Source of the DNA: an uncultured bacterium
Lineage (GTDB): Bacteria; Actinomycetota; Humimicrobiia; Humimicrobiales; Humimicrobiaceae
Assembly (NCBI GenBank): GCA_965549355.1
Contig: CBEVGD010000002.1
Location: forward strand, 1 to 41,254
Length of the DNA: 41,254 nt
Direction of reading: 5' to 3'
A program made the position numbers and the translations under genes. The notes beneath the pieces are model-generated. The model was not told the DNA's origin. It worked only from the letters and a program-made list of their open reading frames with translations, and did not search any database. This document shows, piece by piece, positions 1 through 7,832 of the stretch (position 1 is its first letter; every line of letters starts with the position of its first letter).

Positions 1-2
1 GA

Positions 3-164
3 ATTCCCCATTATTGCAAAGTAAAATTCTCCGGTATTGGTATTTTACTCAAAACAATCAAGGAAATTATAAAATATGCAGGCAGGCAGTTTGACCCTGC
101 ACTGGTGAAACACTTTATAAAAATAGTTTCAAGTATTGGCAAAGTTAGACGAAGACATGCTTGA
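3..164 (+). CDS. 3' end of an ORF cut by the window edge; its tail resembles HD/HD-GYP-type phosphohydrolase C-termini
   Basis: Frame 3 is open from nt 3 to TGA at 162-164 (...IKEIIKYAGRQFDPALVKHFIKIVSS...). The G.QFDP.LV..F tail is typical of HD-GYP/HD-domain proteins. Only about 25 aa are informative. Confidence 0.3.
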   Translation: MPHYCKVKFSGIGILLKTIKEIIKYAGRQFDPALVKHFIKIVSSIGKVRRRHA

Positions 165-233
165 GGGAACATGAAGAAATATATGCAATGGATCCAAGAA
201 ATGAGAAATGGGCCTAATTTATTATAACTAATA

Positions 234-265
234 TTCTCAGCCCGTTCTCAGCACAGTGGTATAAT
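234..265 (+). promoter_or_regulatory. Putative promoter/operator of the two-component operon: a direct repeat over the -35 region plus an extended -10
   Basis: TTCTCAG (234-240), CCCG, TTCTCAG (245-251), 8 nt, then TGgTATAAT (257-265). The ATG at 277 follows only 11 nt after the -10. A near-identical repeat lies upstream of the ABC operon (1986-2003). Confidence 0.5.
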
Positions 266-276
266 ATATAATTACT

Positions 277-951
277 ATGAGAATTTTAGTGGTAGAAGAT
301 GAACATAAGGTAGCAGGCTCTATAAAAAAAGGATTAGAGATAGAGTCCTATGCTGTAGATATAGCCTATGACGGAGAAGAAGGATATGATATGGCTATAT
401 GGCAGGATTATGACGCAATTATTCTGGATCTGCTCCTGCCCAAAATGGATGGAATAGAGGTCTGCAGGAAACTCCGGAATGAGAAAATACATACCCCTAT
501 ACTGATGCTTACTGCCAGAGGACAGCTGGAAGAAAAGGTAGAGGGCCTGAATGCCGGAGCAGATGACTACCTGGTAAAACCATTTGCTTTTATGGAACTG
601 CTGGCAAGGATTCGGGCCATAACGAGAAGGCCCAAAGAAAGCCTGGGATCCGTACTTAAGGCAGGAGATCTGACCCTTGATACTTCGACCTATGAAGTAA
701 GGCGGGCCGGAAGGTGTATAAAGCTTACCAGAAAAGAATATGGCCTTCTTGAATACCTTCTAAGACATAAAGGAAAGATTTTAACCAAAAACCAGATCAC
801 AGGCGGTGTATGGGACTATGATGCCGACATACTCCCCAATACTGTAGAGGTATATATTGGATACTTAAGAAAAAAAATTGATAAGCCTTTCAGGGGCAGC
901 CCTCCGCTTATAAATACGATACTGGGATTTGGCTACAGGATAGGAGAATAG
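277..951 (+). CDS. OmpR/PhoB-family response regulator
   Basis: Receiver domain (MRILVVEDE..., DAIILDLLLPKMDG, LMLTARG, DDYLVKPF) followed by a winged-helix output domain (LTRKEYGLLEYLLRHKGKILTK..., VEVYIGYLRKKI). Confidence 0.92.
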   Translation: MRILVVEDEHKVAGSIKKGLEIESYAVDIAYDGEEGYDMAIWQDYDAIILDLLLPKMDGIEVCRKLRNEKIHTPILMLTARGQLEEKVEGLNAGADDYLVKPFAFMELLARIRAITRRPKESLGSVLKAGDLTLDTSTYEVRRAGRCIKLTRKEYGLLEYLLRHKGKILTKNQITGGVWDYDADILPNTVEVYIGYLRKKIDKPFRGSPPLINTILGFGYRIGE

Positions 952-957
952 AGAAAG

Positions 958-1968
958 ATGTTTAAAAGGGCCAGGATTAAACTTAGTCTGTGGTATATGT
1001 TGATTATTATGGTAATTAATATTTTTTTTAGCGGCACCATTTATATGGCGGTATCTTTCGCTGTAGACAGGGGTTTTGAGGATATTTTAAATGAGATCAA
1101 GCTTGAGTTTACAGATGATGTTGAACCTCGTTTTCTAAAGAATAGAGGATTTCCCAGAGAAGATATAGATGATATAAAAAGTGATGTACTTCATAGATTG
1201 TTTTTTATAAACGGGTCTATTTTTATAATAGCTGCCCTGGCCAGCTATTTTCTGGCGGGAAGGACACTGAGGCCCATAGAAGAAATGCTGGAGGAACAAA
1301 AAAGATTTATTGCCGATGCCTCTCATGAATTTCGCACTCCGCTGACTGCCTTAAAAAGTTCTGCTGAAGTGGCCCTGATGGACAAAAAGCTGGATCTAAA
1401 AGAATCAAAAAATATAATTAAAAGCAGTCTCAATGATATAGACAGGCTTAAGCGTCTATCAGATAATCTGCTTAGTCTGGCGAGGTATCAAGAGAGTGGC
1501 CCGAATCTTTCCTTAGAAGAGCTGAATATAGCAGATATAATAAAAGAAGCCTCTAGCAATATCCTTTCCCTCGCAGAAGAAAAAAATATATCTATAAAGG
1601 TCAAAAAACAAAATATAGCCATTATGGGAGACAGGCAAAGGATAGTAGACCTGGTGGTAATTCTTTTAGATAATGCGATAAAATACACCCCTTCCGGCGG
1701 CAAGATCACCATTACAGCAAAGTCAAATAATGGCCGGGCCATGCTTGAAATAAAAGATTCCGGTATCGGCATTGAAGGCAAGGACCTCCCCCATATTTTT
1801 AATAGATTCTACAGGGCCGATAGGTCCCGCTCAAAGACCGGTGCTTCCGGATTCGGACTGGGACTGTCATTGGCTAAGAAAATAGCAGAGGACCATAAAG
1901 GTATGATCTCAGCATCAAGTGAGCCGGGGGCAGGCACGGTCTTTACAGTAGCACTTCCAAAAAAATAA
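958..1968 (+). CDS. Sensor histidine kinase (two TM segments, short external loop, no obvious HAMP)
   Basis: H-box FIADASHEFRTPLTAL, N-box LLDNAIKYTP, G-boxes IKDSGIGI and GFGLGLSLAKKI. Two N-terminal hydrophobic segments flank a loop of about 50 aa. It starts 6 nt after the regulator stop. Confidence 0.9.
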   Translation: MFKRARIKLSLWYMLIIMVINIFFSGTIYMAVSFAVDRGFEDILNEIKLEFTDDVEPRFLKNRGFPREDIDDIKSDVLHRLFFINGSIFIIAALASYFLAGRTLRPIEEMLEEQKRFIADASHEFRTPLTALKSSAEVALMDKKLDLKESKNIIKSSLNDIDRLKRLSDNLLSLARYQESGPNLSLEELNIADIIKEASSNILSLAEEKNISIKVKKQNIAIMGDRQRIVDLVVILLDNAIKYTPSGGKITITAKSNNGRAMLEIKDSGIGIEGKDLPHIFNRFYRADRSRSKTGASGFGLGLSLAKKIAEDHKGMISASSEPGAGTVFTVALPKK

Positions 1969-1985
1969 TCGTGAATACTCATTAT

Positions 1986-2019
1986 TCTTCAGTCCGTTCT
2001 CAGATCTACAGGTTAAAAT
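1986..2019 (+). promoter_or_regulatory. Putative regulator-dependent promoter of the efflux operon
   Basis: TCTTCAG-TCCG-TTCTCAG (1986-2003) matches 15/18 positions of the repeat at 234-251. TAAAAT (2014-2019) lies 10 nt downstream. The SD GGAAAGGAAG precedes the ATG at 2075. Confidence 0.45.
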
Positions 2020-2074
2020 CATAATTATATTTAACAAAATGTAATTAGAAAAGTATGATCGGAAAGGAAGAAAA

Positions 2075-3343
2075 ATGAGTAAAGCCAAAAAAATATCAAC
2101 CCTGTCAGTACTCGCTATATTTATAGTCACACTGTCCCTGCTGACCCTTACATCATGCACCGGGAGCCCAGAAGCCGGGGAGGCAGAAACTTTTACAGTG
2201 GTTAGGGGTGACATAGAACAGACAGTGACATCAACCGGTTATGTGGATACTGTAGAAAAGAAAAACTATTCTCTTCAGGCCTCCGGGGAAGTTTTTCAGT
2301 CTCTTGAAGACAGTGCCTTTTTTAAAAAAGGCACTGTACTTATAGAAATAGACAATAGCAGGACAAAGATCCAAATCGAGCAGGCAGAAAAAAATCTGGA
2401 GACTGTCAAAAGCTCACTTGATCTTGCTAAGATAAACTATCAACAGGCGCTTGATGCAAATCATATAGCAGTACAGCTTGGTGAGACAAATACAGATCTT
2501 GCTGAACAGGCTGCACAAAATGCCTTCACTGCATTAGAAGATGCTAATGGATACCTGAAAGAAATTAAAGACTATGAATTTTCTACGGATCCCCAGATTG
2601 CTCAGGCCAAATCTCAGGCTAATGCATCGGAAGGAGCATATGAACAATCTGCTATAAGCCAATCCAGTACTTACTGGCAGAACTTAAGCAGCACCCAGAG
2701 TGCCAGGACCCAGATAAAGATAACTGCTGAAAATATAGAGCAGGTAGAGATCCAGGTTGAACTGTCTGAGAATAATCTTGAGCTTGCAAAGCTTGATGCA
2801 GACAATAATATAGTCCATGCTCCCTTTGATGGAATAGTGCTTTCCTCTACCTTCAGCGAGGGAGAATATGCAAGTCCGGGTATTACTGCAATTTCAGTTA
2901 TTAGCAGTGACTATATTATAAAAACTCAGATAAGTGAAACCGATATTTCAAAGCTCAGTCCGGGTGATGAGGTCAAGATCACCCTTGATGCATATCCTGA
3001 AGAGACCTTTACGGGCAGCATAGTAGAGATCTCACCACTTTCCCAGAGTATCAGCAGCATAGTCTCATTTGAAGTTACCATAAAATCAGAAGAGGATAAT
3101 AGTCCTGATCTGCTTTACGGAATATCAGCAAATCTTACTATAACTACCTCTAAAGTGGAAAATATTATCTATATCCCCATAGAATATGTTTATGAGGAAA
3201 GTGGGAAAGAATATGTTGACATCATGGGCGAGGATGAGGCGGCCCGAAAAAGGGAGATTGTCACAGGATTATACGGCAATGACCATATCGAAGTAATATC
3301 CGGGCTTAGCGAGGGAGATGTTCTGGTTATCTTGCAAGACTAA
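2075..3343 (+). CDS. HlyD/MacA-type membrane-fusion (periplasmic adaptor) lipoprotein
   Basis: Signal peptide with lipobox LLTLTS-C, a long coiled-coil segment (QAEKNLETVKSSLDLAKINYQQAL...), then IVHAPFDGIV and a C-terminal beta-domain typical of efflux adaptors. It sits directly upstream of the ABC ATPase and permease. Confidence 0.8.
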   Translation: MSKAKKISTLSVLAIFIVTLSLLTLTSCTGSPEAGEAETFTVVRGDIEQTVTSTGYVDTVEKKNYSLQASGEVFQSLEDSAFFKKGTVLIEIDNSRTKIQIEQAEKNLETVKSSLDLAKINYQQALDANHIAVQLGETNTDLAEQAAQNAFTALEDANGYLKEIKDYEFSTDPQIAQAKSQANASEGAYEQSAISQSSTYWQNLSSTQSARTQIKITAENIEQVEIQVELSENNLELAKLDADNNIVHAPFDGIVLSSTFSEGEYASPGITAISVISSDYIIKTQISETDISKLSPGDEVKITLDAYPEETFTGSIVEISPLSQSISSIVSFEVTIKSEEDNSPDLLYGISANLTITTSKVENIIYIPIEYVYEESGKEYVDIMGEDEAARKREIVTGLYGNDHIEVISGLSEGDVLVILQD

Positions 3344-3385
3344 GTAAATTAAAAATATGTAAATTAAAAATTATTATAAGGGATA

Positions 3386-4159
3386 ATGATCATGGAAAAC
3401 AATTATATTATAAACATAGAAGATATTAAGAAAACTTACCGGCTTGAAACGGTAGAAGTAAAAGCACTGCGCGGTGCAAACCTTAAAATATCTGAAGGAG
3501 AATTTGTCTCCATAATGGGACCATCCGGTTCCGGCAAATCTACTCTTATGAATATTATAGGATGCCTTGATGTCCCGACTTCGGGCAGCTATATTCTGGA
3601 TGGTATTGATGTAAGTAAAATAAGCGATAATCAGCTTGCGCCAGTGAGAAATAAGAAAATAGGCTTTGTATTCCAGACCTTTAACCTTCTCTCGCTGGCC
3701 AATGCGATCCACAATGTAGAGCTTCCGCTTATTTATTCTGAAAATGGCGGCAATAAAAGGAGAAAGATATTTGATGCCCTGCAGGCCGTGGGACTAAAGG
3801 GTAGAGAAAAACATAAGCCCAGTGAATTATCAGGCGGAGAGAAACAGAGAGTGGCAATAGCGAGAGCACTTGTCAACGAACCTTCCATAATTCTGGCAGA
3901 TGAGCCTACGGGAAATCTGGACTCTGTAACCGGGGAGGAGATAATGGCTATCTTTCAGAAGCTGAATAGAGAAGGGAAAACAATACTGCTTGTGACCCAT
4001 GAGCTGGAAATAGCAAAACATACAAATAGGATCATTTATTTAAGAGATGGCACTATCTCTCACCAGGAAAAGATAAAAGCTCCTATAGATGCAGAGGAGA
4101 AGCTTGAGCAGATGCCAAGATTAGAAGATAAAATAAATTCAAGGATAGAGGAAGGGTAA
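3386..4159 (+). CDS. ABC transporter ATP-binding protein (MacB/LolD-type)
   Basis: Walker [10 protein letters not shown], signature [15 protein letters not shown], Walker [13 protein letters not shown]-loop LVTHE. Confidence 0.92.
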   Translation: MIMENNYIINIEDIKKTYRLETVEVKALRGANLKISEGEFVSIMGPSGSGKSTLMNIIGCLDVPTSGSYILDGIDVSKISDNQLAPVRNKKIGFVFQTFNLLSLANAIHNVELPLIYSENGGNKRRKIFDALQAVGLKGREKHKPSELSGGEKQRVAIARALVNEPSIILADEPTGNLDSVTGEEIMAIFQKLNREGKTILLVTHELEIAKHTNRIIYLRDGTISHQEKIKAPIDAEEKLEQMPRLEDKINSRIEEG

Positions 4160-4165
4160 GAAATT

Positions 4166-5410
4166 ATGAGAGGACTATTTGAAAATGTAAAAATTGCTTT
4201 TAAGTCATTATATATAAATAAGTCAAGATCCATTTTAACAATGCTTGGAATAATTATTGGAGTGGGAGCCGTAGTCGCCGTACTGGCTATTGGTGACGGA
4301 GCAGAACAATCGGTTCTGCAGAGCGTTCAGGAGATGGGTTCTAATCTGATCACCATAACACCCGGAGGAGAGAAGGATGAAGAGGGACCGCCGATGATGC
4401 GTGATAAAGAGGAGAGACTGCTTGCTGAAGGGGAACTTAAGATGGAGGATGTAAAAGCTATAGAAGGGGAAGCTACTTTGATAAATGAAATTTCTCCGAT
4501 GATATCAGGATCTTCAACTGTATCTTATCAGGATAAAAATTCACAGGTCACAGTATCTGCATCAACAGAGAAAATTGTGAAGCTGCAGAATTTTCAAATA
4601 AATGAAGGTTTATTTTATAGTTCAAGCGATGTAGCAAATTCCTCCAGTGTTGCTGTTTTGGGTCCGACAGTAGCAGATGATATCTTTGGCAAAAGAGATC
4701 CTATGGGAAAAATAATAAAAATAGATGGAAAAAATTTTACAGTTATTGGCATTACCGAACCGAGAGGTGCAGATATAAGGGGGATGGATCAGGATAATAC
4801 GATCTATATCCCTGTTACAACAGCACAGACCAAGCTTTATGGGTCCGACTCTTTTGATATGATAATAGCTCAAGCGCAAAGTGAAGAGGTAATTGATGAA
4901 GCCTGTAGTGAAATAGAAGAAATACTAAGAGCCGAGCATAATATCGGATCAGGAGATAGCGATGATTTTTCTGTCCGAAACCAGTCCCAGATGGTAGACA
5001 TGGTCGACACGATACTGGGCATATTTACGATTACCCTGTCAAGCATCGCTGCAATATCACTGCTTGTAGGGGGTATCGGGATTATGAATATAATGCTTGT
5101 ATCGGTTACTGAGAGAACCAGAGAAATTGGTATTAGAAAAGCAGTAGGGGCCAAAAATAGGGATATATTGGTTCAGTTTTTAACAGAAAGCGTGGCTCTA
5201 AGCATTACCGGAGGTGCTATAGGAATTGGTTTTGCAATTTTAATAACTATAATAATAGGCATGGTAACCACGCTTATTAGTGCTGTTATTACTCCTTATC
5301 CCATTATTCTGGCCATATCTTTTTCAACTGCAATAGGACTTACATTTGGTATTTATCCTGCTATGAGAGCAGCAAGGCTAAATCCAATAGATGCATTAAG
5401 GCATGAATAA
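4166..5410 (+). CDS. ABC transporter permease, MacB/FtsX family
   Basis: N-terminal TM, an extracytoplasmic domain of about 240 aa, and a C-terminal FtsX block (GGIGIMNIMLVSVTERTREIGIRKAVGA...; tail NPIDALRHE). Confidence 0.88.
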   Translation: MRGLFENVKIAFKSLYINKSRSILTMLGIIIGVGAVVAVLAIGDGAEQSVLQSVQEMGSNLITITPGGEKDEEGPPMMRDKEERLLAEGELKMEDVKAIEGEATLINEISPMISGSSTVSYQDKNSQVTVSASTEKIVKLQNFQINEGLFYSSSDVANSSSVAVLGPTVADDIFGKRDPMGKIIKIDGKNFTVIGITEPRGADIRGMDQDNTIYIPVTTAQTKLYGSDSFDMIIAQAQSEEVIDEACSEIEEILRAEHNIGSGDSDDFSVRNQSQMVDMVDTILGIFTITLSSIAAISLLVGGIGIMNIMLVSVTERTREIGIRKAVGAKNRDILVQFLTESVALSITGGAIGIGFAILITIIIGMVTTLISAVITPYPIILAISFSTAIGLTFGIYPAMRAARLNPIDALRHE

Positions 5411-5522
5411 ATATAGTTAGAATTTTAAGAAATTTGGAGTGTATTAGGAATCGTACTTTTATGAATATTATTTTAAGGTAGCTATCGCAATGTAATAGTG
5501 AATATTCTGGTGAAAGCCTGCC

Positions 5523-5840
5523 TTAATCCTTATAGTTAAATATATTCTTAATCATTTCTCTTTCTATTGTTCTATAAATATAGTAATCCGAATCGATTGT
5601 GATAATCTCTTTTATTCTTAATCTTTCAGATATAACAATCAGTGATGCATTAGTGAGATCCATTGGTATATCAGAGTATTTCTCCGACAGCTGAATAATT
5701 CTATCTAATTCAGCAGAGTCTATATCCTTAATTCTTAACCCGCCCACTTTGATCCATTTTAAAAAATCTATTTGTGTGTTTATATTAAAATCAAGCATAT
5801 GGCATACTTCTGTTATAACGGGCCAGCTGGTTGTAAGCAT
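5523..5840 (-). pseudogene. 5'-truncated PIN-domain (VapC-like) toxin remnant
   Basis: TTSWPVITEVCHML...YSDIPMDLTNASLIVISERLRIKEIITIDSDYYIYR matches the middle and C-terminal parts of PIN proteins. The N-terminal ~40 aa carrying the first catalytic Asp is missing. In-frame sequence upstream of 5840 is antisense of the neighbouring remnant. Confidence 0.55.
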
Positions 5841-5841
5841 T

Positions 5842-6087
5842 CCATCATATGCCTTAGAGATTTTAGGGATCCTGGCCAGACTTGGCTATAGGAATGAACG
5901 AATGAAGGAAGCCATAGATCTGTTGATCTCAAAACAGGACGAACAGGGAAGATGGAAACTTGAAAATACATTCAATGGCCGTTTCCAGGCAAGGATCGAA
6001 CATAAGGGTAAACCAAGTAAATGGATTACTCTGAATGCACTCAGGGTATTGAAAAATATTTATGGCGATGCTTTCCAGGATGTTTGA
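5842..6087 (+). pseudogene. 5'-truncated prenyltransferase/squalene-cyclase-repeat protein remnant (C-terminal ~80 aa only)
   Basis: SYALEILGILARLGY...AIDLLISKQDEQGRWKLEN...HKGKPSKWITLNALRVLK resembles the last repeat of terpene-cyclase-like proteins. The first 31 codons of the tracked ORF (5749-5841) are antisense read-through of the PIN remnant. Confidence 0.5.
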
Positions 6088-6132
6088 TAATATTATCGAT
6101 AGCTCCAAAGATTCAATCTTCATATAATCTCT

Positions 6133-6267
6133 TTACTTTACCTTATCATTTATTTCAAAAACTTCTTCAATTGATTTCCCGAATACCTTTGTGATCCTGT
6201 GAGCCAGGATAGGAGAGGGGCCATATTGGCTCTGATTAAGGGCTGCAATAGTATATCTTATGAATTT
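6133..6267 (-). pseudogene. 5'-truncated XRE-family HTH regulator remnant
   Basis: The minus-strand frame reads KFIRYTIAALNQSQYGPSPILAHRITKVFGKSIEEVFEINDKVK*, which is the recognition helix and C-terminus of small Cro/C1-type regulators. There is no start codon, and an in-frame TAA sits at 6268-6270. Confidence 0.45.
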
Positions 6268-6473
6268 TTATAGTTTTTTTAAAAAATTCGTATAAAAAAC
6301 TAAAATTTTTATTATTATTGTGTTATACTTACACAAGATAAATGTAATATTTATCGTATATAATTGTATAAGTGCTATCTAAAGTAGAAATTATTCGTAG
6401 CACAGTCTCTAACAGATCAGTAGTAATAGCAACTGTTTTTTATTAAAAGAGATTAAAATTAAAGGGGGTTGTG

Positions 6474-6545
6474 ATGAAGAAATTTTATAGAATCTTAATG
6501 ATCCTGGGATCTCTCGTAGGACTATGCTCCACAGTCAGGTGGTAG
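6474..6545 (+). CDS. Possible 23-aa hydrophobic peptide (MKKFYRILMILGSLVGLCSTVRW), or the N-terminal stub of a lost lipoprotein gene
   Basis: A strong SD AAAGGGGG (6461-6468) lies 5 nt before the ATG at 6474. The peptide has a basic N-terminus, a hydrophobic core and a Cys. It is followed by the hairpin at 6558-6610. It is below the length cut-off of the ORF track. Confidence 0.25.
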   Translation: MKKFYRILMILGSLVGLCSTVRW

Positions 6546-6557
6546 AATTTTCCCAAT

Positions 6558-6610
6558 AAATGGGGCTAGCTAAAAAACCGGGCGTCCCTGGTAATAAGTT
6601 GGCCCCATTT
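6558..6610 (+). other. Stem-loop (9-bp stem AAATGGGGC/GCCCCATTT) followed by a T-rich tract
   Basis: 6558-6566 pairs with 6602-6610. The loop contains a small GGG-cgt-CCC hairpin. TTTTTTTATTTT follows about 20 nt downstream. It could terminate the small ORF transcript. Confidence 0.3.
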
Positions 6611-6812
6611 ACATTTCAAAGTGAATTTTTTTATTTTCTTAAGAAGGTTCAGAACAAAGGACCAAAAGATAGGAAATATAATTTCAGTTTTAAATATTGA
6701 AATTAACTCCAAGATTGTATTCATTATACTTCTAAAATTTTTTCTTCACAGGATTTTGATTTACTTATTAAAATAATCTTTTTCTATTCAGAATAATCAA
6801 TAAATATGTATA

Positions 6813-7133
6813 ATGATTAATATGGCAGCATTATATATAATAATAGCTGTACTGGCAGGTGCAGTGATAATACTTTATATCTATTCCAGGGAAAAGCCTA
6901 AGGACCTGGAAAAGGAAATAGCAAGGCTCAGGAGATCCATTGTCTCGGAGGGTCTTAATTTTGAGCAGATTGAATACAGGATAGTAAGCCTCAAGGAAGA
7001 TATTGCCGGCAAGAAGAAACTGATAAGCAGCGGGAAGATGGCCGGGAGCGATATGGAGAAATATCTTGAGGAAACCGAAGACAGGCTTGACGGGATACTG
7101 GGAGAGTTTTTAAGCGATAAAACTATAAAATAG
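6813..7133 (+). CDS. Small membrane-anchored coiled-coil protein, function unknown
   Basis: One N-terminal TM (AALYIIIAVLAGAVIILYIY), then a charged heptad-like tail. The stop lies 5 nt before the sigma gene. An alternative start at ATG 6822 sits 7 nt after a TATAAT (6809-6814). Confidence 0.55.
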   Translation: MINMAALYIIIAVLAGAVIILYIYSREKPKDLEKEIARLRRSIVSEGLNFEQIEYRIVSLKEDIAGKKKLISSGKMAGSDMEKYLEETEDRLDGILGEFLSDKTIK

Positions 7134-7138
7134 TATTA

Positions 7139-7831
7139 TTGATGGTAATCTACAGAGAAACACTTGAGGAAAGGGTCATTAAAGCCAGAGGCGATAATAG
7201 CCTTTTGAGCGCCCTTATAAAAGAATTCAAACCTTTCATCGCCAGTATCGCCCAGAAGAAAGTCGGACGGTATCTGGAATACGGCATTGATGATGAACTT
7301 TCTGTCGGACTTATTGCCTTCAAGGAGGCGGTAGATTCATTTAAAGAAGGCAGGGGAAGGTTTCTATCCTTTGCCAGGATGGTAATATCCATGCGGCTCA
7401 TAGATCATTTCAGGAAGCAGATAAGGGCCGTTGAAAACACTACAGATGATGATCCGGAAGATGATTTATGGGACAGGCAGTCAATAGAGCTATATCAGAT
7501 GGAGAATGAGGAAGAGGATAGGAAGGCTGAAGTCATACAGTATTCTGCTTTGCTTTCGAAGTGGGACATAGACCTTTCAGAGCTGGTGAAGGCTTCGCCG
7601 AGAAGGGAAGATCTTAAGGAGCAGTATCAGAAGATAGCAAGGATGATTGCCGGAAACAGGCATTTGCTTGAGATCCTGATGGAGACAAAGCGGCTTCCCA
7701 TAAAGGAAATAGAAAAAGAAGTGTCCATACACCGTAAAAAGCTGGAGCGGGGACGTATATATATAATAGCTATGGTCCTGGCAATTATTTCCGGATTTAG
7801 CTATATCAGTATTTGTCGGGGTGGGAGTTAA
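7139..7831 (+). CDS. sigI: SigI-like (sigma-I family) RNA polymerase sigma factor
   Basis: FKPFIASIAQKKVGRY...DDELSVGLIAFKEAVDSF...ARMVISMRLIDHFRK (region 2-like), plus a sigma-I-type C-terminus (SPRREDLKEQYQKIARMI...KRLPIKEIEKEVSIHRKKLERGRIYIIAMVLAI). An RsgI_N-type gene follows immediately. Confidence 0.78.
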   Translation: MMVIYRETLEERVIKARGDNSLLSALIKEFKPFIASIAQKKVGRYLEYGIDDELSVGLIAFKEAVDSFKEGRGRFLSFARMVISMRLIDHFRKQIRAVENTTDDDPEDDLWDRQSIELYQMENEEEDRKAEVIQYSALLSKWDIDLSELVKASPRREDLKEQYQKIARMIAGNRHLLEILMETKRLPIKEIEKEVSIHRKKLERGRIYIIAMVLAIISGFSYISICRGGS

Positions 7832-7832
7832 T

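Noticed and set aside
1-6. GAATTC at the very first bases, taken together with the ~41-kb length
   Set aside because: This is most simply a cloning or library boundary (a fosmid-sized insert), not a biological feature. The 3' end (GAATTG) is not a matching site.
5749-5841. The N-terminal 31 codons of the tracked ORF 5749-6087
   Set aside because: This part (MIHFKKSICVFILKSSIWHTSVITGQLVVSI) is simply the antisense of the PIN remnant. Homology to prenyltransferase-repeat proteins begins only at about 5842.
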